A program made the position numbers and the translations under genes. 64,000 bases of DNA from a virus. Positions 9,974 through 20,236 of the stretch are shown one piece after another; position 1 is the first letter of the stretch, and each line of letters begins with the position of its first letter. The stretch lies in the IMG/VR virus record IMGVR_UViG_3300025138_000016; one strand, written 5' to 3'. The notes beneath the pieces are model-generated. The model ran no database searches. It was not told the DNA's origin and worked only from the letters and a program-made list of their open reading frames with translations.

Positions 9974-11815
9974 TTACCCCCAAATAAGCGATCCGGAACT
10001 GTTATAAACTTTCAATACTCTATTAGAACTATCTTGTAGTGAAGATATAATCGCATTAGCTGATATTGTTACATCGTTAAATGTTACGTTATCTGTTGTG
10101 CCAACGCTCTGTCCTATATGAACACCTGTTGAATTAGATGTTACACCTGTTCCACCTGTTACGGCTATGTTTCTAGTTGCAGTAATATTACCACCACCAG
10201 TTAAACCATTTCCAGCTGTTATCGAAACGCTTGAGTGATCTATATGCTCGTTTGCAACGAACCCACTTAAGCTGTCATGAACAATTTGCGAATCATTAGT
10301 AAAGACTCCAGTGCTGTTAGCTGTGATACCTGTTCCAGGTACTACTGCTAGTGATGGCTCCCATCCAGCTCCAGGCGTACCTGATACTGAAAGACCACTT
10401 CCAACTGTTACGTTGTCTACAAAGTTACCAGATGTATCTGTATCAAGTGCAATCGCTACACCTTTATGACGTAAGTCATAATAAGCCGATCCATCTTCAG
10501 TAACTTGCCACTTGTCTGTGCCTTCGTCCCACTGTAATTTTACGTTTGTTGATGTACCACGTTCTACTTCGATTCCAGCATCCTCTGAAGGAGTACCAGA
10601 TTCGTTATTATTAAGAACGATAATGTTATCATCAACTGTTAAAGTTTCTGTACTTATAGTAGTTTGAGTACCTTGTACAGTTAAGTTGCCAGAGATAACC
10701 ATATCTCTGAATGTTACGTCGTTTGTTGTACCTACGGACTGTCCAATATGTACACCAGATGTATTTGATACTACACCTGTTCCAGCTAATACTTTTACTG
10801 TTGTTGAGTTAGCTCCAAGACCAAGTCCTGCTAGGAAATGAACACCAGTTGAATTAGATGCTATACCAGTACCTGGTTTAACTGCAACGTCATCTGCGTT
10901 AACAGTCATACCATCACCAGCACCTACTGCAAATGTTCTAGTAGAAGCGATTGTACCACCACCTGATAGACCGCCACCGGCTGTCATTGTGACGCCTGTA
11001 TGATCTATATTTTCATTTACATCATATCCACTTAATGTTGTATGATCAATAACCTGAGCATTAACGGATATTCCGTCTGCTGTAACTACTATTGAAGTAT
11101 CATCTGCTACAACATCAAATGTTCTAGTAGTATTAATAGCTCCACCACCAGTCATACCAGCACCAGCTGTCATTGTGACAGTTGTATGATCTATGTACTT
11201 ATTAGCTACAAAGTTATTTAAACTTGTAATATCAATAGCGCCTGTATTAACATGTAATCCAGTTGAGTTAGCTATTGTTATTGAGTCACCTGAGTTAATA
11301 GCTAATGTTCTATTAGCTTCTAAGGTTCCACCACCTGTTAGTCCGTTACCAGCGATCGTGCTTACTGAGCTATGATCGATATGTTCATTAGCCACATACC
11401 CATTTAATAGGTCATGGTTAAGAGCAGCTGCATTAACAGAGAGCCCTGAAGAACCGTTTAGAAGCGTTCCACCGTCCAACTCTAAGTGAATACCACTTGA
11501 GTTAGAAACGAACCCGTCTCCATCGAATACGATTGTCTGAGCATATGTTGTACCGTCACCAGTGCCTAATACGAATGTTGTATTAGCTGCTGTATATACA
11601 AAACTTGATACACCACTTACTGCTGCTGATTGTACGTTTGTTACTATGCCTTTTGCTGTTACGGTAACGACAGGTATGGAAGTAGAGTTACCATAAGTCC
11701 CGGCCGATGCGCCTGACGCAGGCAATGCTGTAGAGTTAACTACACCTGTTCCATTAACAACTTCAACGCCGCCAACTTCAAGGCCGTTTTTTACTCTAAA
11801 ATTTTGATTTGCCAT
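9974..11815 (-). CDS. Fibre-like virion structural protein with His-containing repeats (613 aa)
   Basis: G/S/T/V-rich; four ANEHIDHSSVS.TAGNGLTGGG-type repeats; N-terminal NFRVKNGL motif; sits at the fibritin position next to gp13. Confidence 0.7.
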   Translation of the reverse strand: MANQNFRVKNGLEVGGVEVVNGTGVVNSTALPASGASAGTYGNSTSIPVVTVTAKGIVTNVQSAAVSGVSSFVYTAANTTFVLGTGDGTTYAQTIVFDGDGFVSNSSGIHLELDGGTLLNGSSGLSVNAAALNHDLLNGYVANEHIDHSSVSTIAGNGLTGGGTLEANRTLAINSGDSITIANSTGLHVNTGAIDITSLNNFVANKYIDHTTVTMTAGAGMTGGGAINTTRTFDVVADDTSIVVTADGISVNAQVIDHTTLSGYDVNENIDHTGVTMTAGGGLSGGGTIASTRTFAVGAGDGMTVNADDVAVKPGTGIASNSTGVHFLAGLGLGANSTTVKVLAGTGVVSNTSGVHIGQSVGTTNDVTFRDMVISGNLTVQGTQTTISTETLTVDDNIIVLNNNESGTPSEDAGIEVERGTSTNVKLQWDEGTDKWQVTEDGSAYYDLRHKGVAIALDTDTSGNFVDNVTVGSGLSVSGTPGAGWEPSLAVVPGTGITANSTGVFTNDSQIVHDSLSGFVANEHIDHSSVSITAGNGLTGGGNITATRNIAVTGGTGVTSNSTGVHIGQSVGTTDNVTFNDVTISANAIISSLQDSSNRVLKVYNSSGSLIWG

Positions 11816-11835
11816 TTATTCCCCTATACCCTTAT

Positions 11836-12246
11836 TTATCCGTTTACGAATTCTACTGAGAACTTAACGCTCGTAGAACTGTTTACTGGTGTTACTTGTG
11901 TTACTACGTTTGCTCCTGAGATGGTTGCATCTAGAGTATAAAGTGACGCATCACTTTCTAATACACCATACTCAGTTACGTATACTGTTGTGTCATCATG
12001 TCCTATTAAGAATAATGATGAATGAAATTCTCCGCCCTGCTCTGCTGCGATATGATATAGTGCTGATTGGTAATCTGCTTTCGCAAACTGATGTAGAGTT
12101 ACTTGAGTAGCTCCTAATCCAGTTAACGATTTTCTTGTTTTACCTTCTGAGTTAATTGACTTAGTTGTTGAAAGTAAATCATTTGAACTGTCGTAGTTAA
12201 TATGTCTAATCAGCTCTGCGAGGCTCATTGCTTTTGTCTTTGGCAT
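11836..12246 (-). CDS. Virion adaptor-like protein (single 'HD..TEYG' beta domain)
   Basis: Clear similarity to the C-terminal domain of 12260-13147 (Y.SA.Y...SS....HD.T....TEYG......YTL.A). Confidence 0.6.
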   Translation of the reverse strand: MPKTKAMSLAELIRHINYDSSNDLLSTTKSINSEGKTRKSLTGLGATQVTLHQFAKADYQSALYHIAAEQGGEFHSSLFLIGHDDTTVYVTEYGVLESDASLYTLDATISGANVVTQVTPVNSSTSVKFSVEFVNG

Positions 12247-12259
12247 TTTAGATTATCTC

Positions 12260-13147
12260 CTATGACCTAATTAATATTTTCTTGAAAGTAAACGTTGTGC
12301 CTGCTCCAGAAGGAGTGGCCCTCAATCTAACACTTCCACCATTTGTATCTGCACTTAAAGTGTATATCGTATTATTGGAATATACTGAACCGTATTCAGT
12401 TATAAATCCATCAGTTCCATCATGAAGCACGATTGCTTCACTAGATTGCCATGAATCTGAAGTGTTAGCAGTCACTAAGTATTTAGCAGATCTGTACGTC
12501 CCGACAGTGAATGTATCCAATGTAATTACTGAAGTATCACCTGAAGATATATCTGCTGGTGCAGCTAAGTCTACTGGATCATTAACTCCAATTACACCAA
12601 CTTTTCTTACTTCAAGAACATCACCGTTTACTGTTGGACTGGTTAATGTAATTGCTGTTGAATTAGTTTGTGCATAGTCATCCGATCTTACAAGCTTAAC
12701 ACCATTTAGGAATACGTCTTCTGTTCCTGCTGTATATGATAGTGTTTGTGAATTATCATCTGATCCTTCGATTAGAGTTTTTGTGCTCGTAATTGAGAAT
12801 GTAAAATTTGTAACCTGTACTGCAGCTGATTCTTGATCCGCAAACGATATATCGCCTGTTGAGTTAGCTATTAATACTTGGTTTGTTGTTCCAACTTGAG
12901 CTGGAAATGAGTATCCATTAACATGTAGTCCTTCAATGACTGCATGACCTGAACCATTAATTGTTGCATTGCCACTACCAACTGTCAGTGTTGTTACATT
13001 AGCTCCGACTTCGAATATAACTGAACCATTAGAGCCATATAGGACTCCGTCTGGTAAGTTAAGTGCTAATTCACCTGTTGATATGTGGGATGTGTTCGGC
13101 GCCTGACCTGATACGGCAGAACGCTTCAATAGAATTTTTGATGCCAT
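12260..13147 (-). CDS. Fibre adaptor/structural protein (295 aa)
   Basis: N-terminal ILLKRSAVSGQAP..GELALN..DG.LY fibre-anchor motif, central VFLNGVKL..DY domain, C-terminal TEYG domain. Confidence 0.65.
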   Translation of the reverse strand: MASKILLKRSAVSGQAPNTSHISTGELALNLPDGVLYGSNGSVIFEVGANVTTLTVGSGNATINGSGHAVIEGLHVNGYSFPAQVGTTNQVLIANSTGDISFADQESAAVQVTNFTFSITSTKTLIEGSDDNSQTLSYTAGTEDVFLNGVKLVRSDDYAQTNSTAITLTSPTVNGDVLEVRKVGVIGVNDPVDLAAPADISSGDTSVITLDTFTVGTYRSAKYLVTANTSDSWQSSEAIVLHDGTDGFITEYGSVYSNNTIYTLSADTNGGSVRLRATPSGAGTTFTFKKILIRS

Positions 13148-13154
13148 CTTCGTG

Positions 13155-13179
13155 TCCCTTATTTAAGGTGGGTAAGGGA
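13155..13179 (-). promoter_or_regulatory. Stem-loop covering the SD of the 295-aa gene
   Basis: 7-bp TCCCTTA/TAAGGGA stem. The 3' arm holds the AAGGGA SD about 8 nt before the ATG, and a TTAAATA late-promoter-like core spans the loop. Confidence 0.4.
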
Positions 13180-13182
13180 AGG

Positions 13183-13440
13183 TTAAATCTTAATCTTCTT
13201 CTTACCTGAAGTCTTTTTCGGTTCTTGAATTGCTTCAGTTCCGTAAGTATCTTCAGTAGTATTTACTACCTGTGTTAATTGTTGCAATTCTGCTCTTTGA
13301 GCAATGATTGCTTCTTCTTGTTGCCTATTAACGTCTTTTAACATTTGGTGCTGTGCCTTCAGGCTAATAATCTCTAAGACTTTAGCCTGAAGTTCAGCGT
13401 TAATCGCAGCTATATAAGCTTTCACATATTCTTCGTTCAT
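13183..13440 (-). CDS. Small coiled-coil protein, possible fibre assembly chaperone
   Basis: Heptad-like helical sequence located between fibre genes. Confidence 0.55.
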   Translation of the reverse strand: MNEEYVKAYIAAINAELQAKVLEIISLKAQHQMLKDVNRQQEEAIIAQRAELQQLTQVVNTTEDTYGTEAIQEPKKTSGKKKIKI

Positions 13441-13463
13441 AATATATCCTTATTATATAAATT

Positions 13464-13471
13464 TATTTATA
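13464..13471 (-). promoter_or_regulatory. T4-type late promoter TATAAATA
   Basis: Exact octamer in an intergenic gap 24 nt upstream of 13440. Confidence 0.75.
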
Positions 13472-13479
13472 CTAATTGC

Positions 13480-15351
13480 TTAGTATGTACCACCATCAAT
13501 AATAGCTTCTAAATAAGCTAAATCAGTAGCAGCATATGTTACAGTTGTTCCAGGCTCAGCTGTGATTCCATCAACAAGAACGAACTTCTTATTAGAATCT
13601 GACTGATCTCTGAATAGACCTGTATACTTGTCTGTTCCACCTTCGTCATATACACCATAGAAACCGATGTCAACTGCGTCAGTGTCAGTACCAGTTTGGT
13701 CCTGAGCAAGTTTTAGCATTGAGTCAGTTAAAGCAACTGTAGATGAGCTAACAATAGTTTGTGTTCCAGATACTGTGAAGTTTCCAGATACTGTTAAGTC
13801 TCCACCAACACTAGCATCATCACTCATTGTGACATTACCAGTTAATGTTGATAAACCAGCTACGTCTAAAGCGCCGTTTAAGTCAGAACCACCAGTTACT
13901 GTTAAAGAACCGTCAGTGCTGATATCTCCAGCTTGAGTAATTACAGCGTTAACTGTAGAGTTACCAATTACTATCGTACCACCTGTTAACAACATGCCAT
14001 CGGCTACTGTTAAGGTATCACTTACTGTTGTATTACCAGTTAATGTTGATAGTCCAGCGACTTCTAAATTACCATTAAGATCAGCCAATCCTGACATAGT
14101 CAGAGTTGAACCTGTTAATGCTCCAGTTATGCCTAATCCACCACCAACGTTTAAGTTAGCAGAAGCAGTTGCATTGCCTGTTAATGTTGATAGACCAGCT
14201 ACTTCTAAATCACCGTTTAGATCTGAAAGACCTGAAGCAGTAAAAGTAGTAAATGTAACAGCTTGTCCATTAGCAACTTTACCAGATGTTAATGTGTCTA
14301 ACTGTCCTTGAATACCTGATGTTACACCAGTTACGTAGTTAAGTTCAGCAGTAGAAGATGTAGCACCGTCTAGCTTGTTTAACTCAGTAGCGTCTGCAGA
14401 TACTGCTGTACCATTTAATGATAGAGCATCTGTTTCTAAAGTACCATCTATATCTACATCACCTGAAATATCAAGAGTAGCAAATACTGATGTACCTGGT
14501 ACTGATATAGGTTGTGTTGCTACTACGTGAGTTGCATTACTGTATAAGTTATCTGGTTGTACAAAAGCACTAGCTCCCATTCCACTATGAGCAGAACAGA
14601 AATAGTATACGCTGTTAGGCGCATCTTGTTGTAGTTTGATTCTTGTATATGAACCTGCACTACCTGGTGTACCTACTTTTTCATAGATCTCAAAACCACT
14701 TGCTGAACCTTCAGATACTTCAGAACCATTTGCTGCTGTACCAAATACTAATGGATGCGTTGCGTTGGTATTGTCTGATTGATCGAACCAGTAAATCATT
14801 CCTGGTACTAATCTTAGGTTTTGTTGTGTTGTTCCGTCGATTTGGTATTTGTTTCCACCATCATTTACAACAGTAACAACATGTTGAGAACCTTTGTTCT
14901 CTACTAGCATTGCTGAAGTAGATGTGTTTGAAACTACTAATCCATTATTACCTGTGATAGTAACTGTATCAGCGTCAGAGTCGCCACCAAGTATAATTGT
15001 ACCTGTTGCTGCTGTTCCGCCTGCAGTTAAATCATAGTCTACGCCAGTTGCGGCGTCTACTGTTACCTGTGTTGAGTTTCCACTAACTGTGATTCCACCG
15101 GTACCAACAAAGGTTACATTATCATTAGATAATGCGTCATTATCAACCGTTAAGGTTAATGATGCTTGTGTTGAGTTTCCTGATGGTACAAAGTTATACT
15201 GGTCACCCGATAGCGTAAAAGCGCTACCTGAAGAGTTAGCAGAATACAGCTTCTTTGCAGCGATATCAATCGCTAATTCGCCTTCTGCTAGTACATTAGT
15301 GCCAGGAGCACCTGTACCTCTTCTTAATTTAATTAATGCCTGTCTAGCCAT
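13480..15351 (-). CDS. Tail-fibre-like protein with cupredoxin-like insert (623 aa)
   Basis: N-terminal IKLRRGT..LAEGELAID anchor, SGLSDLNGDLEVAGLSTLTGN repeats, HPL...YFCSAHSGMG motif and C-terminal IDGGTY. Confidence 0.7.
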   Translation of the reverse strand: MARQALIKLRRGTGAPGTNVLAEGELAIDIAAKKLYSANSSGSAFTLSGDQYNFVPSGNSTQASLTLTVDNDALSNDNVTFVGTGGITVSGNSTQVTVDAATGVDYDLTAGGTAATGTIILGGDSDADTVTITGNNGLVVSNTSTSAMLVENKGSQHVVTVVNDGGNKYQIDGTTQQNLRLVPGMIYWFDQSDNTNATHPLVFGTAANGSEVSEGSASGFEIYEKVGTPGSAGSYTRIKLQQDAPNSVYYFCSAHSGMGASAFVQPDNLYSNATHVVATQPISVPGTSVFATLDISGDVDIDGTLETDALSLNGTAVSADATELNKLDGATSSTAELNYVTGVTSGIQGQLDTLTSGKVANGQAVTFTTFTASGLSDLNGDLEVAGLSTLTGNATASANLNVGGGLGITGALTGSTLTMSGLADLNGNLEVAGLSTLTGNTTVSDTLTVADGMLLTGGTIVIGNSTVNAVITQAGDISTDGSLTVTGGSDLNGALDVAGLSTLTGNVTMSDDASVGGDLTVSGNFTVSGTQTIVSSSTVALTDSMLKLAQDQTGTDTDAVDIGFYGVYDEGGTDKYTGLFRDQSDSNKKFVLVDGITAEPGTTVTYAATDLAYLEAIIDGGTY

Positions 15352-15386
15352 TTTTGTTCCCCTTAAGTATTATCGTGATTATTCTA

Positions 15387-15605
15387 TTATCTTTCGAGCG
15401 ATATATTTAAATCACGATTAACTAATATACGTTTATTTATTAATCTTTGTGAATCAAGCTCTCCTAAGAGAACTTTATTTTCCGCGCTCAATTTTTGATT
15501 CGTTTCAGTTAAAGCGTTTATGATAGTCTGTTGATCTAACATAAATTGACTTATAATCTTACGATCAAAATCATCAAAATCATTAATATTAATATGTGCC
15601 TCCAT
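15387..15605 (-). CDS. Small coiled-coil hypothetical protein (72 aa)
   Basis: Helical heptad pattern; coupled to the upstream gene by overlap. Confidence 0.5.
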   Translation of the reverse strand: MEAHININDFDDFDRKIISQFMLDQQTIINALTETNQKLSAENKVLLGELDSQRLINKRILVNRDLNISLER

Positions 15606-15852
15606 CCAAGTCAGGAAGTGTTATTTCTCCTGTGCTCGAATTATAAGTTATTCCACTTGTATCTGAACCTGGTACTGATATAGCAGCTCTTGCTACTGTA
15701 TTAGAAAAGTATTTGTTTGTGGAACCTTCACCGAGTGAGTCCGTCGTTAGAGTAGAGATAGCAGCTGCTTCAATTTTACCTGCGCTAGTAATTACAGAAT
15801 TGCTTCCGACTATTACTCCGCCAGTGACTTTAAATTGTCTTAATGTTGCCAT
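15589..15852 (-). CDS. Short fibre adaptor (87 aa)
   Basis: QFKVTGG N-terminus, TTDSLGEGSTNKYFS..ARAAIS fibre motif and C-terminal LDGGTY. Confidence 0.6.
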   Translation of the reverse strand: MATLRQFKVTGGVIVGSNSVITSAGKIEAAAISTLTTDSLGEGSTNKYFSNTVARAAISVPGSDTSGITYNSSTGEITLPDLDGGTY

Positions 15853-15891
15853 TGTTTGATTTCCTCTGTCTATACATCATGTAAGGAAGTA

Positions 15892-16668
15892 CTAGTAAGT
15901 ACCACCGTCAATATCACTAAATGTTACATCATTATCCGAGATGGTTAGAAACTGGTTATTACTACCAGTCTGAAAACCTAGAGTAGTTGAATTGGCCGAA
16001 ACGAGTACTGAGTTAGAGGTGAAGGATGATACGTTAGTACCACCGTCTGAGACATTGAGCGGAGCCGTTAAACTAGTTATGGTTCCGTTAATAATGTTTG
16101 CAGATGTTACATCTCCAGCATTACTCGGATCGAAGCTTCCACTTCCACTCAACCCCGTATTACCGTTATATTTAGCTCCCGAGAGGTACGCGGACGTACC
16201 AGAAACTAAAGAACTCGGCAAATTAATTCCAATAAAATGTAGTACACCTGACTGATAGTCAAAGTACCATTCATCATTATTACCTGATCCTGTTTCGAAC
16301 ACTTGCGTACCGTTAGATACTGGATTGCCTGAACCGTCAGAATCGATATGAACCTTTAATTGATATGTAGCACCAAAAGTAGGTGGTATCCAATTAATGA
16401 TATTAGACTTCCATGTCCTTAATGCTTCCGATGTACCGTCGCCTGTTGCTGCTTGGCCATCATATACTACTACTGCTGTGACATTAGATGCCGGTTTAGT
16501 TGCTGGTATTAAAGCTGCATCTGCCCAGATGTAGTCTGGTGCAATAATAAACTTAGATACTATTGATTCATTAGGTGCTTTCTTAGCACTAGCTGAATCT
16601 GTCTTAGCTTTACCAAAGCCTACCTTTTTCCATAGTAGGTCAATTTTTTGATTATCTGAAATAGCCAT
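15892..16668 (-). CDS. Virion structural protein (258 aa)
   Basis: EWYFDYQSGVLHF motif, LNVSDGGT fibre motif and C-terminal IDGGTY. Confidence 0.6.
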   Translation of the reverse strand: MAISDNQKIDLLWKKVGFGKAKTDSASAKKAPNESIVSKFIIAPDYIWADAALIPATKPASNVTAVVVYDGQAATGDGTSEALRTWKSNIINWIPPTFGATYQLKVHIDSDGSGNPVSNGTQVFETGSGNNDEWYFDYQSGVLHFIGINLPSSLVSGTSAYLSGAKYNGNTGLSGSGSFDPSNAGDVTSANIINGTITSLTAPLNVSDGGTNVSSFTSNSVLVSANSTTLGFQTGSNNQFLTISDNDVTFSDIDGGTY

Positions 16669-19600
16669 TATTCAATACCAATTGATGAGATGTAGTCACC
16701 TGACTCTAATCCAATACTAATAAGTATTTGGTTATTAAAGGCATTGGTGGCGTTCTGATCACCTAGAGTTAAAGTAAATGTATTATTGTTGTATGTACTA
16801 CCATCAATAATTCTATCACCAGAAGTAAATGCACAACCGTCTGATCCATTACCACCTGCAGCTGTATTAGCTCCTGGTGTACCAGAACCAGCATATGTAT
16901 CACTAGCGTTTAGCCATCCATTTGAATCGGATGTACTATCTATATTTGTCTTTGGTGCGGCTATATGGAATGAAGATACCTTACCAGTTAATCTTACAGT
17001 CATATTAGCCATCGTTGTTCTTTTAAAAGCAAATCTAAAGTACTGAGTACCCGATCTACTTGTTGCTAGATCTGGACCAACTGGTAAGAAACCAGAAGAA
17101 AGATCTGTTGTATAATGAGTTAAGTTACCATAACGTACTACTGACTCATCTGTACCTGCAATAGTAACTGCTCCTGTCCAAGCATTAGATGCAAAGTAAT
17201 CAGTACTATCATTAAACGTTGGTGTAGCATTTGTAGATGAGAAGTTACTTAATCTAACTCCATCTGTATCAAAACCAGCTCCTAATGAATCAGCAACACT
17301 AATTGCATTTTCATTAACACCTGATGATGTACCATTATATGTTTGAATAGATACATTTGAGAATGATACGTTTGATCCAGTACCATTAACATTACTCATT
17401 CTCATCTTAAAGTTACCGACTCTTCTACCACCACCATTAATATTAATTTGGAATGTTTCCATATTAACGTTAGCACTCATACCTGTATTAGCAATAGGGA
17501 AGCCTGAGTTTAATGTAGCAGAAGGCAATATAACATAACCTTTTGTTTGTGAGTTTAATACTGAACCGCTATCACCTTCTGATGTTGAATCAGAGTATAT
17601 ATTAAATGGTGAAGACATATTTCTATAAAACTGTCCAGCAACGTTCGTTACTCTTGAGCTTACTACATTAAGTACTGCGTCATTTGTATAGTAAGGTATA
17701 CCAGATACATATGCTAATGTACCAGCTGCATTCTGTGTTACAGAAGCAGCATTAAATTTAATTGTTGGTTTGCTTGATAAATTATCTTTAACAAATCCAA
17801 TTGCATTAGTATTACCAGTTGCACTATGACTTAGTTTATAACTATGTGTTCCTGTACTGTGACCTGATTTAGATATTCTAGATCTAAAGCCACTATATAA
17901 TCCAGGTGCATGTATTCTATTAGATGCTGATACTGAACTACCTGAGTTATTAAAGTTATAAAAGTCAAGTTGATCAACTATTACTAAGCTGCCATTTGAT
18001 CCTGTATCATCACCAGCTGAGAAAGCTAATGTATTTCCTGCTACGTTATCTATAACTGCAGTTAATGTTCCAGCTGAGGCATTATATGTTACTTGGCTAT
18101 TAGCTTCGCCGTTAGTAGCCACAATACCAGCTGTTGTAAATCTTGTATAATCAGAACCAACTGAGAATGTTCCTTCAGCTGAGTTATCAATATGACCAAA
18201 AGCTAGTCTAGGAGATGATCCAGTTGATGAGGATGTAAATGATAAAGTCTTACTTGATAGCCCTTCTGGAGCAGCTATTGCTGTATCAAATATTTTTATT
18301 GTTTTTGTATTAGAAGATGGTATAGAAGCAGGGTTGGCAGTTGAGTGAGAATTAATAGATAATGTCACAGTATGCGTGCCTGTTCCAGTTCCTGAACTGT
18401 ATGTATGACCTAGTCTATCCCCTTGTGTCCCCCCGGCTACGCTTGTATTAGCGATACTATCAGTAGTACTATCGCCCCAGTTCACAAAGAACGTTCCTAC
18501 TATGTTATTAGCATTAGTTGTATCGTTATCTAAGAATATTTCCTGACCAGTATTAGCTTCAGATATTGTACTGCCACCTGATACTGCACTCTTAAGAAGA
18601 AGTCTCGCATCTGGATCTCCTGTATAAAGAGTAACTAAATCAACGCTTGTAAATGTAGCAGTATTACCTTCGCCTAATGCTCCGGTATTTCTAGCTGTAA
18701 CAACAACATCAAAAGGTGAGTTAGAATTATCTGTATATGAATGTGATGGAGTAGAGTCAGTAGTATTATTACTATAATTACCATCACCCCAATTAACATC
18801 ATATCTATCAGCGTTACCTACTGGTGTTATATTCAATGTAGTATTTAAAGGCGCTCCACCGAGTGCACCAGATGATACAGTAAACGTAACATCTCTTACA
18901 AATGTATTATTATATACATTAAGAACTGCTTCATTTAATTTATCGAAAGCATCTGCTACTGATGTAGTATTTGATATAGATGTTACTGCACCTTCTAAGT
19001 TACCAACACCTGAGCCATTTGCATAAGCTCCATCTGTAGGGTATCCTATATTAGTTGTATTACCAGTTGTACTGACAGCAGCTATTTGTGTATCTACATA
19101 CCCTTTGTTAGCTACTTCAAAGTCTGTAGTTGGGTTAGTTGCAACTGTTATCTGATTAGCGTATACTTGTCTATATAGTTTAGTAGATGATCCAAGATCA
19201 TACGATACGTTATCAGTTGGTATAATACTTGTATTAACTGATGCACCAAGAGATATAACATCTCCGCCATCACCAAGATTAATACTGCTACCTCTTAATA
19301 CTAAATCACCATTAACCGTTAAGGTATTAGATACTTCAATATTGTTAGCATATATTGTTGGTACATTAGCACTTGTACCTATTGTTAATACATCAATAGA
19401 TGCATTAGCAGAGACAGTTAAGTTATCTAAACTATCTGTTGCTATAGTAGCTGTATAAGTTGAACCATCAGCTCTTGTAAATAAAAGAGTATTGTTTGAT
19501 GATGTAAATACAGAAGTTGTGGTAGACGTATTTGTTATCGATGCTGCTACTTGGACATCGTAGGTGGTGCTGTCATCTCTGGTAAACGTAATAGTTTGGT

Positions 19601-20006
19601 TAGCAAACGCAAACGTAGCATTTGAGGTAGAGGTATTTGAAGAGCCGCCAGCATCAACATAAGCTTTGATAGCTTCAGCTGAAACCAAGGTAGTTGAGTT
19701 AGCACCAGTTAACGTATTAGTTGATACAACACCGACATAAGCAACATTAACAACGCCTGAATCGGCTAATGTCATACTGCTAGTCTTTATTGCATCAATA
19801 TGCGTATTGGTATCAACAACAATTGCTTGGTTAGCTGTTAATGTTCCTGGAAAACGAGCTCCGGCAACAGCTACGGATGTGCCATTTGTAAACCCACCAA
19901 TGTATAAAATTCCACCATTGGCTGTAAATGCAGGTTCACCATATACTATGTTCGCGAACGAAGCAGTATTCGTGGACCTTTTTATTCTTATTACAGTATT
20001 AGCCAT
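16668..20006 (-). CDS. Large fibre/adhesin-like protein with PKD-like domains (1112 aa)
   Basis: N-terminal IRIKRST..YGEPAF anchor; two PKD-like V.WGD(G/S)...HxY motifs; S/T/N-rich. Confidence 0.7.
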   Translation of the reverse strand: MANTVIRIKRSTNTASFANIVYGEPAFTANGGILYIGGFTNGTSVAVAGARFPGTLTANQAIVVDTNTHIDAIKTSSMTLADSGVVNVAYVGVVSTNTLTGANSTTLVSAEAIKAYVDAGGSSNTSTSNATFAFANQTITFTRDDSTTYDVQVAASITNTSTTTSVFTSSNNTLLFTRADGSTYTATIATDSLDNLTVSANASIDVLTIGTSANVPTIYANNIEVSNTLTVNGDLVLRGSSINLGDGGDVISLGASVNTSIIPTDNVSYDLGSSTKLYRQVYANQITVATNPTTDFEVANKGYVDTQIAAVSTTGNTTNIGYPTDGAYANGSGVGNLEGAVTSISNTTSVADAFDKLNEAVLNVYNNTFVRDVTFTVSSGALGGAPLNTTLNITPVGNADRYDVNWGDGNYSNNTTDSTPSHSYTDNSNSPFDVVVTARNTGALGEGNTATFTSVDLVTLYTGDPDARLLLKSAVSGGSTISEANTGQEIFLDNDTTNANNIVGTFFVNWGDSTTDSIANTSVAGGTQGDRLGHTYSSGTGTGTHTVTLSINSHSTANPASIPSSNTKTIKIFDTAIAAPEGLSSKTLSFTSSSTGSSPRLAFGHIDNSAEGTFSVGSDYTRFTTAGIVATNGEANSQVTYNASAGTLTAVIDNVAGNTLAFSAGDDTGSNGSLVIVDQLDFYNFNNSGSSVSASNRIHAPGLYSGFRSRISKSGHSTGTHSYKLSHSATGNTNAIGFVKDNLSSKPTIKFNAASVTQNAAGTLAYVSGIPYYTNDAVLNVVSSRVTNVAGQFYRNMSSPFNIYSDSTSEGDSGSVLNSQTKGYVILPSATLNSGFPIANTGMSANVNMETFQININGGGRRVGNFKMRMSNVNGTGSNVSFSNVSIQTYNGTSSGVNENAISVADSLGAGFDTDGVRLSNFSSTNATPTFNDSTDYFASNAWTGAVTIAGTDESVVRYGNLTHYTTDLSSGFLPVGPDLATSRSGTQYFRFAFKRTTMANMTVRLTGKVSSFHIAAPKTNIDSTSDSNGWLNASDTYAGSGTPGANTAAGGNGSDGCAFTSGDRIIDGSTYNNNTFTLTLGDQNATNAFNNQILISIGLESGDYISSIGIE

Positions 20007-20236
20007 TATGCTACATCACCACCATCGATTATTAGTATAGTATCTAAAACACTTTTAGCAGAGAATACATTAGAGCCACTATCATAAGTAAGTACTTCAC
20101 CATCCTTCACAGAGTTAAAGTCAATAGTTAGACCTGTAACATCATTTACTGCTTGGGGTGAGGACTTTAAGACTTTTGTGACAATAGGTGTCGCAGAAGT
20201 TATGATTGTCGCTTTAAGATTACCTGACGAGACCAT
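20006..20236 (-). CDS. Small fibre adaptor (76 aa)
   Basis: KDGEVLTYDS..F fibre motif and C-terminal IIDGGDVA. Confidence 0.55.
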   Translation of the reverse strand: MVSSGNLKATIITSATPIVTKVLKSSPQAVNDVTGLTIDFNSVKDGEVLTYDSGSNVFSAKSVLDTILIIDGGDVA

